From positions 7,626,001 to 7,690,000 of the forward strand of contig OX597819.1 in NCBI GenBank assembly GCA_951406725.2: a stretch of 64,000 bases of DNA, written 5' to 3'. The DNA is from Octopus vulgaris. Taxonomy: Eukaryota. The position numbers and the translations under genes were made by a program. Position 1 is the stretch's first letter. Every line of letters starts with the position of its first letter. This document shows positions 1 through 12,296 of the stretch, piece after piece. The notes under the pieces are model-generated. The model searched no databases, was not told the DNA's origin, and saw only the letters and a list, made by a program, of their open reading frames with translations.

Positions 1-518
1 GTAAAAGAAAAGAGTAAAATGATTAAATGTCAGGAAAGTGTTTTTTTTTCCTTTTGAACATTTATCTTTGTTCTGTACTGGTTACGTCCCTTGAATATTA
101 ATCCATCTTTCAGTGTATCAAACAGGCCAGACAATTATATAAAAAAGCACGTTAATGTTGGTTGCAAAACGGCATTGCACCGAATCACATTAGGAGTTTG
201 CTTTTAGGTAGAGTTGTCTAAAAGTATCTCGATATCTAAATGTGTTTGTATAATGATACAGAATTAAATGTAAACGATCATCTATCAACTAATATGAATG
301 GAACGACAAATGTTTAAACTTTAGAGTTACCTACCTTGGACTGATATTTCAGACCTGTTTCCAGTTAGCTTGTTTTATTTTAGACAAAGAAAATCTGCTA
401 ATTGAGTTTATTAGAAAAGGGAGAAACTTGTTCTATTGATAAATATTTAGTCTTAAATAATTTGCTGCCTTCAGAAAGAAGGCCAGCAATTTCGGAGGTG
501 GCGGGAAGTCAATTACAT

Positions 519-777
519 CGGACTTGTGAAAGGTAAGAGAGTCCAGTTTGCTGGACATTGTTGTAGAGCTGAAAAAGAGGTAATTTCTACTCTTCTCCTC
601 TGGAAGCCATCTACTCGCAATACCAGAGGGTGCACACTCTCCTAACCCTGATGTAATCTCCAGGGATACAGGCATCCAGCAACAGGACCTCCGTAATGCC
701 ATGATGGACCGTGAAGTCTGGCGTAGCATGGTAAATTCCATTGTCTCGACCACGGTCGAACAATGATGATGATGATG
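519..777 (+). mobile_element. RTE-clade LINE 3' fragment with (ATG)n tail
   Basis: Translates as RVQFAGHCCRAEKEVISTLLLWKP...DTG..DLRNAMMDREVWR, typical of an RTE ORF C-terminus. Near-identical copy at 26648-26847. Confidence 0.75.
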
Positions 778-1516
778 TACTTTATCGACCCTGAAAGGAG
801 GAAATGCAGTCGACCTTGGCAGTATTTGAACATAGAACATAAAGTTAGATAAACTGCCACTAAGCATTTTACCCTGTGTGCTAATGATTCTGCCAGCTCA
901 CTGCCTTAGCATATAATAATAAATTAGGTAGATGTAATTGTTTGGAAATATGATACTCAGAAAAAACATTGTTTAATCCTCTAGGAGGCAGCACTGATAG
1001 TTTTGATACAAAGCTAGCCATTGATTTCATATTTCATTAAATGGAAAAGTTAGGTATATTACTAAATCCTTCCAAATTAAGTTTTTGGAGTGGTTGCGTG
1101 GTTAGACGTTTGCTTCCCAACCACATAGTTCTGGGTTCAGTCCCACTGCATGGCACTTTGGGTAAGTATCTTCTGCTATAGCACTTTGTGCCAACCAAAG
1201 CCTTGTGAGTGGATTTGACAGATGGAAATTGAAAGAAGCTTGTCATGTGTGCATGTGTCTGTCTTCTTGCTCTGACACAACATAGTAGTTGTAAACAAAT
1301 GCCACTGTTTTGCAAGGGGTGGCCATCATTTCTAATCTTTCATGAAAACATGTCCGATCTTGTGGGGTGGGAGGGAGGGAATCTTACCACAGAAAATTCA
1401 CCTCAACAAATTCCGCCTGACTCCTGTGCATAGAAAAGTGGATGTTAAAACAATGGTGATGAGGATTATATTAACTAAACCTTAGAACTGTCTGTTTCAT
1501 AATAAAAACATGGATA

Positions 1517-1925
1517 GGCGCAGGAGTGGCTGTGTGGTAAGTAGCTTGCTAACCAACCACATGGTTCCGGGTTCAGTCCCACTGCGTGGCATCTTGGGCA
1601 AGTGTCTTCTGCTATAGCCCCGGGCCGACCAATGCCTTGTGAGTGGATTTGGTAGACGGAAACTGAAAGAAGCCTGTCGTATATATGTATATATATATAT
1701 ATATGTGTGTGTGTTTGTGTGTCTGTGTTTGTCCCCCTAGCATTGCTTGACAACCAATGCTGGTGTGTTTACGTCCCTGTCACTTAGCGGTTCAACAAAA
1801 GAGACCGATAGAATAAGTACTGTGCTTACAAAAAGAATAAGTCCCGGGGTCGATTTGATCGACTAAATGCGGTGCTCCAGCATGGCCGCAGTCAAATGAC
1901 TGAAACAAGTAAATAAGGAAAAGAG
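1517..1925 (+). mobile_element. SINE family 1 (tRNA-like head, CORE-like segment, internal (TA)n(TG)n)
   Basis: A-box-like TGGCTGTGTGG, B-box-like GGTTCAGTCCC, CTTGGGCAAGTG segment, internal microsatellite, 3' end CCAGCATGGCCGCAGTCAAATGACTGAAACAAGT. At least 12 young copies in the window; diverged copies near 1087, 3606, 6190, 6865, 7657, 33652, 49673 and 54140. Confidence 0.9.
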
Positions 1926-2276
1926 TATACAACAGGGTTTGGGCTTCACTGAGGAAGTGACCAGGGACCAGGAGATGTAGTGATTTGCTGTACTTCATAA
2001 GACATGTCAAGCTAAGTAAAATCGCTGTCTTCCACCTGTACAGACTTATCCTTTGCAGGTGCTGTTGCCACATAAAAAGCACCTGTCCTGGTACTGTGTA
2101 CCCACTCCTGTATCAGTGCTTCATAAATACACCCAGCACACCCTGTTAAGTGGTTGGTGTTAGGAAGGACATCCAGCCATAGAAACCATGCCACATGGAG
2201 TCTGGACAGCTCCCAGCTGGCCAGCTCCATGTCAAACCATCCATGCCAGCATGGACGTTATACAATAATAATTACT

Positions 2277-2684
2277 CTCTCTTTTTACTCTTTTACTTGT
2301 TTCAGTCATTTGACTGCTGCCATGCTGGAGCACCGCCTTTAATCGAGTAACTCGACCCCGGGACTTATTCTTTGTAAGCCCAGTACTTATTCTATCGGTC
2401 TCTTTTGCCGAACCGCTAAGTAATGGGGGCATAAACACACCAGCATTGGTTGTCAAGCAATGCTAGGGGGACAAACACAGACACACAAACACACACACGC
2501 ATATATATATATACATATATACGACGGGCTTCTTTCAGTTTCCGTCTACCAAATCCACTCACAAGGCTTTGGTCGGCCCAAGGCTATAGTAGAAGACACT
2601 TGCCCAAGGTGCCACGCAGTGGGACTGAACCCGGAACCATGTGGTTGGTAAACAAGCTACTTACCACACAGCCACTCCTGCACC
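2277..2684 (-). mobile_element. SINE family 1 copy
   Basis: Reverse-complement match to 1517-1925. Confidence 0.9.
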
Positions 2685-2844
2685 TATATATGATGAATTT
2701 TCAATGAAGTCTTATTTGAATATTGTTTGTCAGTTTTCAGGATTTTTGGTTGACAGACAATGTATAATGAGAAGGAATATGCTACATTTAAAGTTATACA
2801 TATTGTGGCAGTGAAATTTGGTTGGTGTGCAGTCATTGGACCCG

Positions 2845-2888
2845 TCTTACTGATGAGGTCCAGTTGACTGAAATCACATGATATGGGA
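2845..2888 (+). ncRNA. Degenerate type I hammerhead ribozyme-like motif
   Basis: Core CTGATGA (2850-2856); stem II GGTC/GACT; GAAA (2870-2873); stem III TCA-CA-TGA; TA site; weak stem I tctta/tggga. Confidence 0.5.
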
Positions 2889-3029
2889 GTTCTGGCATCT
2901 GTAACAAATGATTCTTGTCTGCTCTGATTTATGTCTGTGTTTTTATGCACTGTGCATATGAGAGGATCCCTCAAACTAACCATGTAGTGTTGTCAGATGG
3001 AAAGATTACTTCATTCATCATCATCATTT

Positions 3030-3420
3030 AAATAATAATAATGAAATTATTGTATACAGTGCTCAGATGCACCACAACTTGTCAGAAAGTGCGTATAAAG
3101 TACATACAGTAATGTAGAAATGTCTGGAAAGTGAACAATGTATGAGACAGATACATGCTTGTGTGTGTATGGAGGGGAGAAAATCAAGTGTAGTGTTGGA
3201 GAATCTCAGGAAGCATGGAAGTTTTGAAGGATGCAGTGCTCCGACAACTAACAACCAATGCCGGCAGTTTGTTCCATGCTTCAGTAACTCTCAGCGTGAA
3301 AAAATGTTTCCTGAATTCATGGGAGCTGTGCTGTTTTCTGACTTTGTAAATATGCCCACGGGTGTTAGATGGGTGGAGTTTAATATCTGTTGTCCATGGT
3401 TTTTGTCTCAAATCTAGCAT
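3030..3420 (-). mobile_element. CR1/L2-group LINE 3' fragment
   Basis: ORF 3184-3420 reads TRGHIYKVRK...RKHFFTLRVTEAWNKLPALVV...SFK, the classic CR1-type ORF2 end, followed by an (ATT)n tail. Confidence 0.8.
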
Positions 3421-3795
3421 CCATTATTAGGATGATAGGTGGAAGACTGGACTAAATTAACTGTCTTCTAATAATTACTGGCATTTCCCATTTTGAATTC
3501 GACAATTGTGGTCAACTTTGCCTCTTATAAGCCAAATTTCCCTGACAACTTAGTCCTTGACATACAAAACAATTGGTTGGTCAAAATTGGAATATCTTTA
3601 ACCATAGGCATGGTTAAAGAGGTCACTTTGCAACCATGTGGTTTCAGCTTCAGTCCATTCTGTGGCACCTTGAGCAAGTGTCTTCTATTATAGCTCTGGA
3701 TTGACCAATTCCTTGGGAATGAATTTGGCTGCTGAAAACTGTGGGACCCCATCATGTATATGTATATTTGTGTGTGTGTGTGTATATATATATAT

Positions 3796-4020
3796 TCCGG
3801 TCTTTCAAAAGGTGACCTCGTGTGTACCGTTGGCGATTTTTTTTTTTTCCTCTGTCTTCCCTTCTCTGGATCTTTCCTTCTCCTATGTTTCCGACGAAGA
3901 GCTCTGCTCGAAACGTTAAACCCTCCTTCTTCCCTTCTTTCCTGAGCGTCCAATAATACTATATTTGTTCCACGTCCTCGCGTTGTTGTGTTTTTTTGTG
4001 CTTTCTTGTTTGGATTAACA
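3796..4020 (+). mobile_element. Short repeat with minimal hammerhead-like motif (probable PLE terminal repeat fragment) inserted in (TA)n
   Basis: Contains gttt-CCGACGAA-GAGC-tct-GCTC-GAAACGTT-aaac at 3887-3921. Flanked by TA repeats on both sides. Second copy on the minus strand at 50106-50287. Confidence 0.55.
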
Positions 4021-4345
4021 TTATATATATATATATATAAATATGTAATACATTAAAAGTCAATTTCAACCTTGCTTGCTTGCAATGTTACCCAGGCAAA
4101 TTGGCACATAATGGGAAAATACTATGAATTAAGTTTTCCCTGAAATGTTAACAGGAATGGAATGAAACAAGTTTCGCCTAAATTAGAGCAGTAGTTATTG
4201 AGATATTCAGGGTTTGGGGTATAAATACCCCAAACAGTGCATATTGTGAAAATATTCTGAATTTGACTTCATCCTTAAAGGGAAGAAACTCTAATCTTTC
4301 GATTAGACTGATTTGACAATGAGAAATTACGATTGGTTTTTACAG

Positions 4346-4383
<38 letters not shown>

Positions 4384-4476
4384 TATACATACAACCTTCG
4401 GCAGACACACTTATCAGTACGTTTACTTATACATACACATATACACACATGCAGACACGTTTACACACTTACATAT

Positions 4477-4891
4477 ACTCTTTACTCTTTAACTTGTTTC
4501 AGTCATTTTGACTGCGGCCATGCTGGAGCACCGCCTTTAAGTTGAGCAAATCGACCCCGGGACTTATTCTTTGTAAGCCCAGTGCTTATTCTATCGGTCT
4601 CTTTTGCCGAATCGCTAAGTGACGGGGACGTAAACACACCAGCATCGGTTGTCAAGCAATGCTAAGGGGACAAACACAGACACACAAACACACACACACA
4701 CACATACATATATATATATACATATATACGACAGGCTTCTTTCAGTTTCCGTCTACCAAATCCACCCACAAGGCATTGGTCGGCCCGGGGCTATAGCAGA
4801 AGATACTTGCCCAAGATGCCACGCAGTGGGACTGAACCCGGAACCATGTGGTTGGTTAGCAAGCTACTTACCACACAGCCACTCCTGCACC
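4477..4891 (-). mobile_element. SINE family 1 copy
   Basis: Match to 1517-1925. Confidence 0.9.
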
Positions 4892-5358
4892 TATGTAAAT
4901 GCTCACATACATGTATACATGCATATATACATGCATGCGCATGTACACATCTGGATACCTACATGCACAAATATGTACATACATATGAATCACGAACTTC
5001 GTACCCTTGGTGTGAAATAGTTTTTTCCCCCCCTAAGCTTTTATGCAAGTGCACTCAACGTTATCTCAACTCCAAAAATTTGGCTGCTATTTCTAGCACG
5101 CCCTGATACTATGTAGCAGCTATTTGCAATAAAGGATCCGACATACCTGTTATATGTTAACAGGGCATGCAAGAAATAGCAGCTAAATCTTTCCTTTTCT
5201 GGTGGAAAGGAGCCGTTTACACGTGATTACGGTGTCACATTGTTGAAGGCTGCAAAATAACCTGGAAAAGAAAACAACACAAGAAGCAAAACTCCATTGC
5301 TGGGAAACTGAGTTTCCTGGTGACCCAAAAGGTCATGGGTAGTCTAGTATATATAATA

Positions 5359-5744
5359 CTAGCAGTATCGCCCGGCGTTGCTCGGGTTTGTAAGGGAAAT
5401 AACTATATAAGCATTTTTAGAGATGTTAAGTATAATAGCCATCTCAATATGGCTAACCACAAAGGGGGGGGGGGGGTTACTGTAGCTTTTTACGTTCTGA
5501 GATTTAATAATAAATTTTTAGAGAGTTACTTCCCTTATATATGCCAAAAGTGCATTAAAAATGGGAAAAATTGATGGTAATTTTTTTTTTAAATCGTAGA
5601 CTCATCATAGACGCGCACTAATACCCAGAATCACGACTATAAGATACCCGGTTTTGGTTAAATTGCACTGCAAAATGTGGGAGTAGTTAGGAATGTAAAT
5701 CGTAGGAGACAGACAGCACACAACCTCTCTTTTATATATAAAGA
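5359..5744 (-). mobile_element. Non-autonomous Helitron
   Basis: On the minus strand: 5' TCTTTATATATAAAAG, 3' subterminal hairpin CCCGagcaacgcCGGG, terminal CTAG. Inserted between A and T, no TSD. Seven copies in the window. Confidence 0.85.
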
Positions 5745-8428
5745 TATATATATTTTTGCATGATGTATATATGTGGTTGTTCCTCCATATCCAGTGTTGT
5801 CCAACTGGTATTGGTTTGTTTATGTGATTTTAACTGAGTGGTTGAGTTAAAGAGACTGATATAATAAGTACCTGATGTTAAGAAAATACAAAAAAAAAAT
5901 CTTCTGGCAGTAGTTTGTTCAACTCAAAACCTTCCAAGGCAGTGCTCCAGCATGGCTGCAGTCTAAAGACTGAAACAAAAGATAAAAAATAGGTTTACTC
6001 AAAATATCTGGGAGCTCAGTAAAATACATTTGTGGTAAGGGATCAAATTGGCCCAGTTGTTAGAGCATCAAGTAGAGTGCTTTGCAACATTTGTTCCTGC
6101 AGCCTGAATTCTGAATTCAAATTCCACTGAGGTTAGCATTGCCCTTCGTTGCTTGTCAATAAACAAAGTGCTAGTCCAGAGCAGGGGATTCTTTTCTCTT
6201 TTACCTGTTTCATTCAGGGTTCACTCAGACTTACTTAATTTTTTAAAATCTAGTACTTATTTTGTTGGTCTCTTTTGCTAGAGTGTTAAGTTAGGGGGAT
6301 GTAAAGAAGCTAAAACTGGTTGTCACATAGTGAGAGAGGTGTACACAAACCTGAAGACACACACACACATATATGATGGGCTTTCACACAGTTTCCATCT
6401 GTCAAATTCACATTACAATGCAATGGTTGGTCTGGGGGCAAAGAAGACCTTTGCTTAAGGTGTTGTACAGTGGAACTGAACCTGAAACCACATGGTTGCA
6501 AAGCCTCCTTCTTAACCACACAGCTATGCCTGCAGCTATTGAAATTGTTAGAACATTGAATGTGATGTTGTGTAGTATTTGTTTCAGAGCATTGTGATCT
6601 AATGGCAACACTTGCATTGACACTGGTAAAGAAGCTGTGTCAGTGTCTGGCTTGCCTCTGGAAAACATCTGTGATATTCTGAATGGGCAAATGCTGATCC
6701 CTCATTGTGTAAAAAAAAAATTCTCCCCTGCACCACAAAGAACAACTTTACTCAGTCCTCTGCTTTGCAAAGAAGCTTTTCAGATACAAATCCATAGTGA
6801 GACATAAGGACATCCCAAAAGACATGTACTAATCTACTTTGTAAATCAGTAGGTGTGACACAATAGGTGCAAGTGTTACTGTGTGGTAAGAAGTTTGATC
6901 CAAATGGTTTCAGGTTCAATCCCACTGCGTGGCACCTTCTACTATATCCTCGGACCAACCAAAGCCTTGTGAGTGGATTTGGTTGATGGAAAATGAAAGA
7001 AGCTCCTTATATATATATATATATAATATAGATATTTTTTTATTTTATAGAAGGAGCTTCTACAGGACTAGAACTGTTTCATTCAAAAGAAATCATCAGT
7101 GTGTGCGTGTGAGAAAGATACTGTCTCCTTGCCTTGGCTTCATGTGATAGCTGTAAATGAGTGTCACTGTCATACAAGTGGTATCCTTTGTCTCTAAACT
7201 TCTGTGAAAACATGTTTGGTCATAGGGAAATATTACCATAATTGTAAAGAAGCTTGGGCTGGTCACAGAAAAAGCATCTAGCTATAGAACACCCATCTCA
7301 ATAAATTCTGTCTGACCCATGAAAGCATGGAAAAGTAGGTGATTGATATTATTTTTTTAACCAATAACACCATACCTGTAAAAAAAATATGGGATGGTTA
7401 CTGTTAGAATATTGCTAGTCATAAGTCTTATTCTTGACTGGGCCTGAACTACAAAAGAGAATACATAATCTCCTGTCTTAAACTATATCTCTTCAAGAAT
7501 TACTATCTTTGTATGTTACCTGGCTGTTACCTGTCACTATACTGTCGGTAAAAGTATTTGTTAATCATGCATGTACCTTCATTAATTGTTCAAAGTGAAA
7601 GCCTTTTTTAAAAGTCTGTGTTGCGTTGTCATACACAACTAAAATAATATAGCTAGTATGGTAAGAAACCTGCTTCTCAACCACATGGTTACAGGTTCAG
7701 TTCTACTGCGTGGTACCTTGGGCAAGTGTCTTCTACTACAGCCTCTGGCTGACCAAAGCTTTGTGAGTGGATTTATTAGATGGAAACTGAAGGAAGCCCG
7801 TCATATATATATATATTTCTTTATTGTCCACATGGGGCTAAACACAGAAGGGAGAAACAAAGGGATTAAGTTGCGACCCCAAAAGGATGAAAAGCAAAGT
7901 CGATCTTGGCAGAATTTGAACCCTGAACGTAATGGCAGAAGAGTGTAGGCTTGAGACATTAAAAACTTCCATTTTTTCTGAGTCTCAACCTAACACACTC
8001 ACTTTGTTGTTCTTTCATCTTCTCTTTTCGTTTTGCTTTTTCAACTCTGTTTTTATGTCTGAGAGAGAGAGAGAAATCCAGAGTGGGTTTTACGTGTGAA
8101 CTTCTATAATATAGAATCAACAAAGAGTAATTTTGCTCCCATTTTTAAAAAGAATCTTTGAATATTGTTTTAGTTTATTTTATTTTATTTTAAGGTAATA
8201 AATTTATTCTTTTGAAAATTAGTATCCTTTTCATGATTTTGTTTAAGCACCAAGAACTTTGATAAAAGCTAAATTATAACTATTGTTTGTATGCCGTATT
8301 CCCTCGTATTACACTTAATGTCAAAGGTACACGTTCAAAGTGACCTATCATAAGACAGGTAATGCTCTCGTTAATGATGGTGATCATGATGACGATCATC
8401 ATCATCATTGTAGTGAGCAGCATTATTA

Positions 8429-8572
8429 TAAGGTTGTCCCAAAAGTAGTTCGTAGAAAGTCTTGGAAAATAATGGTCTTTATTTTGAGGAATAATTTTTG
8501 TTGTTTTTGTTAGTACTTGGCGAGTAAAAATTCAATTTTCGCAAGTGTTTACGAACTTTTGGGACAACCTAA
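8429..8572. mobile_element. Mariner-type MITE (~145 bp)
   Basis: TIRs AGGTTGTCCCAAAAGT / ACTTTTGGGACAACCT in a TA context, resembling mariner TIRs. Confidence 0.65.
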
Positions 8573-8653
8573 TAAAATGTTACTGAAAGTACAACGAGAA
8601 ATTACCAGAATAAAAAGGAATATTTAGTGTAAATGGTTTTATTAACATTTCAG

Positions 8654-8795
8654 CACAAGGGCTGAAGATGTCTTAGGAACAGCAAATAAAGTCTTGGATG
8701 CCTTGAAAGAAGCCAATGCCTCACAGGTTGATGCACATGCAGCTATTGAAAAGGCTGAAGATGATATCAAAGCATTGCGGAAGATCTTACGTATG
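8654..8795 (+). CDS. Laminin subunit beta, C-terminal coiled-coil exon (4th from last)
   Basis: Flanked by tttcag and gtgagt. Reads TRAEDVLGTANKVLDALKEANASQVDAHAAIEKAEDDIKALRKILRM, resembling the laminin beta-1 coiled coil as I recall it (V.EALEEAEKAQ.AA..AI..ADEDI). Phase matches the next exon. Confidence 0.88.
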
Positions 8796-8958
8796 GTGAG
8801 TAGACTGAGATCCTGTTTGAAAACTGCTTCTTTTGTCTCTTTTTGTTTCATGCTTTTGAATTGAAGAAGAAATTTGAGAGAAATATATTTTGATGATCAA
8901 AGAGGTAGGAATTTATTTTGGTTAAGTATTTGATGGCACCTGGAAGAAATCCATTTAA

Positions 8959-9178
8959 CCCTTTAGCATTCAGATTATTCTATAAAATGTAAAGCTTATG
9001 TATTCACAGCATGTAAAATTAATCTTGCATCATTTCATGGCTTTAAGATTTCAATGATGTGATTGTTTATTTTTAAAATGGCACAATAAGGTAGCTATGA
9101 ATGACCATATCTGACTAGTTTGAACATAAAATAGGTAGAATATTTTGGCCAGATATGGCCGGTTTAAACACTAAAGGG
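8959..9178. mobile_element. piggyBac-like MITE
   Basis: TTAA|CCCTTTAG ... CTAAAGGG|TTAA: TTAA TSD with CCC/GGG ends. Partial related copy near 12660-12760. Confidence 0.7.
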
Positions 9179-9548
9179 TTAATCTTTTGACATTTGTGTG
9201 TGTGTGTGTGTTTTGTTTGATTTACAGTTATTTTTAATGCTTTGATAGACAGTATAGTTTCCTTTATTGATAGAGGAAGAGCTTTTACAGCAAGATGTTT
9301 TTCCTGCTACTACAAAGGTAGAACTCAGTTTCATCTCGGAAGCCCGAGGCCAGGCCTAGTGATGCTGTCCTACCAACAGGCAGACAACTTCACTCATGCC
9401 TTTTATGCATTTGTGTTGCATTAACATTTCCTTGTCTTGTTTCTGTTTTCATGAGCAACTGGGAAATTGATGTTTGGTGATTTCCTTTTTGTGAATATAT
9501 CTCCTGGATATATTGGAAGCAAATGGATTAGCTGTATTCTAAGATGAA

Positions 9549-9939
9549 CCCTTTTGTTACTGTATTTATTTTGAGATGCTCTGTATTTCTTTCAATTACT
9601 TTTAAATATAACAAAGAATTTAGTAATAGAACTTAGTTATCATTAAGCTAGTGTTAAGAACATAAATTGTGACTAAGGTTTGATGGAAGATTATAATTCA
9701 ATACTTATGAAAACAAGACATTTGTATTACAGAGCCAGAGGCGGTTTTGGCCGGGTTGGTATCAAAAGGGTTAAATATAACAAAGAATTTAGTAATAGAA
9801 CTTAGTTATCATTAAGCTAGTGTTAGGAACATAAATTGTGACTAAGGTTTGATGGAAGATTATAATTCAATACTTATGAAAACAAGACATTTGTATTACA
9901 GAGCCAGAGGCGGTTTCAGCCGGGTTGGTAATGAAAGGG
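9549..9939. mobile_element. piggyBac-like MITE with 169-bp tandem duplication of its right end
   Basis: CCCTTTT start at 9549. Units 9602-9770 and 9771-9939 each end in AAAGGG|TTAA. Confidence 0.65.
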
Positions 9940-10342
9940 TTAAGCCTATTTTTGATCTAAAAGAATGTTGGCAACACTGACTTGAGAACTGTAGTGTAGC
10001 TAGGTGTAAGAGTCATTGTTGTGAGCCTGCTTCTTTGGACATCTGTCAGCTTCGTCTTTATGTAAAATGAGACCAAGAATTAACTAACATATCTCTGAGC
10101 CAATTAAGGTACTTTAGTGTAGTTGCTCAGCCTATTGGATATTGCATATGTGGATAGTTCATTTCAAGCATTTTGTATTTTTTTAATGCATTTTTTTTTT
10201 CCATAATCTTGCATAAACTCTCAGTGTTTGCAATTTGTGCTTGTAATTTCTCCTTACATAAAAGCAACCATTATTATATTTATTATTAACATCATCGTTT
10301 AACGTCCGTTAATGATATTAAAATAATATATTTTGTTTGTAG

Positions 10343-10519
10343 ATTGAGCAGTCTATGTCAGACTCTGAGAACAAGGCTCGGCCAGCTTTAGATACTCTCA
10401 GAAACCTTATTAATTCGCTCCAAGACCTGAAAAATAAACATTTCCAAAACACCAGGAATAAAGAACGTGCTGATACAATGTCCAAGAAAGCTATGCAGAC
10501 TGTAAAGAAAGCTGAGAAA
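10343..10519 (+). CDS. Laminin subunit beta, coiled-coil exon
   Basis: Flanked by ttgtag and gtaagt; 177 nt, phase 0/0. Reads IEQSMSDSENKARPALDTLRNLINSLQDLKNKHFQNTRNKERADTMSKKAMQTVKKAEK, with heptad character. Confidence 0.88.
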
Positions 10520-10828
10520 GTAAGTATGGTGGTGATGATATTAAAAGGATTTCAAATGTTCAAAACGTTAAACTGACCCAAATAACTAAGTTTTCTGTTG
10601 CTTCAGAAATATACTACAACTGTCTCTGTTTTTCTGAATTAACTAGTTCTAGGCTAACTTTAATGACAGTCTGGTTCCACCCATCTTTTCTTCCTTTAAA
10701 TTATTGTTTTTGCCCATCAGGTCCCTTGTGTTTAACCTTTATTAATCTAAAGCTTTCTATCTTTGTTCTTTCCTTAGAACTGAGTTGTTCTTTTATTCCT
10801 CTGGCAAAATGCCAAAAACTATGTTATT

Positions 10829-10922
10829 ATATTAATAGTTATCGCCATACTAATATGGCAGTCTATAAATATAAGACTAAATTTATAGACTGCCATATTA
10901 GTATGGTGATAGCTATTAATAT
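10829..10922 (+). repeat. 42-bp hairpin with 10-nt loop in a laminin intron
   Basis: Arms 10829-10870 and 10881-10922 are complementary except for two positions that are G:U pairs in the + strand RNA. Confidence 0.9.
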
Positions 10923-11584
10923 CCAGTAACGCTGCCGTAATCTCCTTTAGAGAGACTTAGTAATTTTAATATTTCTATTATGTTATTATAGTTTTCATTT
11001 TTCCACGTTTGCATTTAATATTAATCTATTATATTATATTTGAAGTTAAAATTATATTCACTTTAAAGATAATTAAAAATAAATATTTTCACTTTATTTA
11101 AAAACAACCAGAAAGAAATATTTTTTTTTTTTTAATTTTATCTAGTTTCAGCTCACGAGCTGTGGCCATGCTGGGGCACCATATCTCTCTTTGTTTGCAA
11201 TTAATCCCATTCCCTTTTGCTCTTGGCAATTTTATAGCAATAGTGCAGGAGTGGTAAGTTCTTCCATCAAAGATGATGTAAGAGTGTTCAGTGTTTTGCC
11301 AAACAACCTGCACAAAGGATCTGTTTATAGTGATCAAATGTACGTACTGTACGTCAGCTCAGCTCATTCCTTCAAATCGACATTGCTTAAACAGGTGCCT
11401 GTTGTGCCATGCATTAGGTGTCGAAGTAATCACAGAGCAACCCCCCGAGATGAAGTGTTTTGCTTAAGAACACAATGTACCACCTGGTCTAGGAATTGAA
11501 CCATGAGTGCAACACTCTAACCCTCATGTGCCCTCATCTTGCAGAAATAGAATCTACAAAAAACCTGTTTTCATATTTTTTTTT

Positions 11585-11784
11585 TCTTTTACTTGTTTCA
11601 GTCATTTGACTGCGGCCATGCTGGAGCACCGCCTTTAGTCGAGCAACTCGACCCCGGGACTTATTCTTTGTAAGCCCAGTACTTATCTATCGGTCTCTTT
11701 TTGCCAAACCGCTAAGTGACGGGGACATAAACACACCAGCAAGGCTAGGGGAACAAACACAGACACACAAACACACACACACAC

Positions 11785-11822
<38 letters not shown>

Positions 11823-11987
11823 TACAACGGGCTTCTTTCAGTTTCCGTCTACCAAATCCACTCACAAGGCATTGGTTGGCCCGGGGCTATAGCAGAAGAC
11901 ACTTGCCCAAGATGCCATGCAGTGGGACTGAACCCGGAACCATGTGGTTGGTTAGCAAGCTACTTACCACACAGCCACTCCTGCGCC
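11585..11987 (-). mobile_element. SINE family 1 copy
   Basis: Match to 1517-1925. Confidence 0.9.
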
Positions 11988-12104
11988 TATCAATATATGT
12001 TGATTCTAAATATATTTAGAGATGTTTCTGATTTATTTCTGAATAAAATTTACAAAATGAAAAAAATTTTTCTTTAAATGTTTGTCTTGTTTTCTTAACT
12101 CTAG

Positions 12105-12261
12105 CTTGCCAATACACTGGGGAATAAGTACAATCGTACATCAGACACCCTGAAAATGAAGTACAATGCTACATTTGCTATAAAGAAACGGGCTATTGAA
12201 TTGCAAGAGCGAGCAAGTAAATTAGCTGTCTCTGTTACAAAGAAGAACCGTGACCTCCTTT
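12105..12261 (+). CDS. Laminin subunit beta, penultimate exon
   Basis: Flanked by ctctag and gtaagt; 157 nt, phase 0/1. Reads LANTLGNKYNRTSDTLKMKYNATFAIKKRAIELQERASKLAVSVTKKNRDLL. Confidence 0.88.
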
Positions 12262-12296
12262 GTAAGTCTTACACTTAAATGTTTTTTTATATATAT

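Noticed and set aside
1475-1753. Recurrent ORFs MSSNARGTNT.../MPKMPRSGTEPG... that look like a multigene family
   Set aside because: They are antisense readings of SINE family 1 copies, and the frames vary with microsatellite length.
5079-5187. ~27-bp imperfect inverted repeat
   Set aside because: The motif ttggctgctatttctagca recurs in degenerate form elsewhere; it is probably an old repeat fragment and uninformative.
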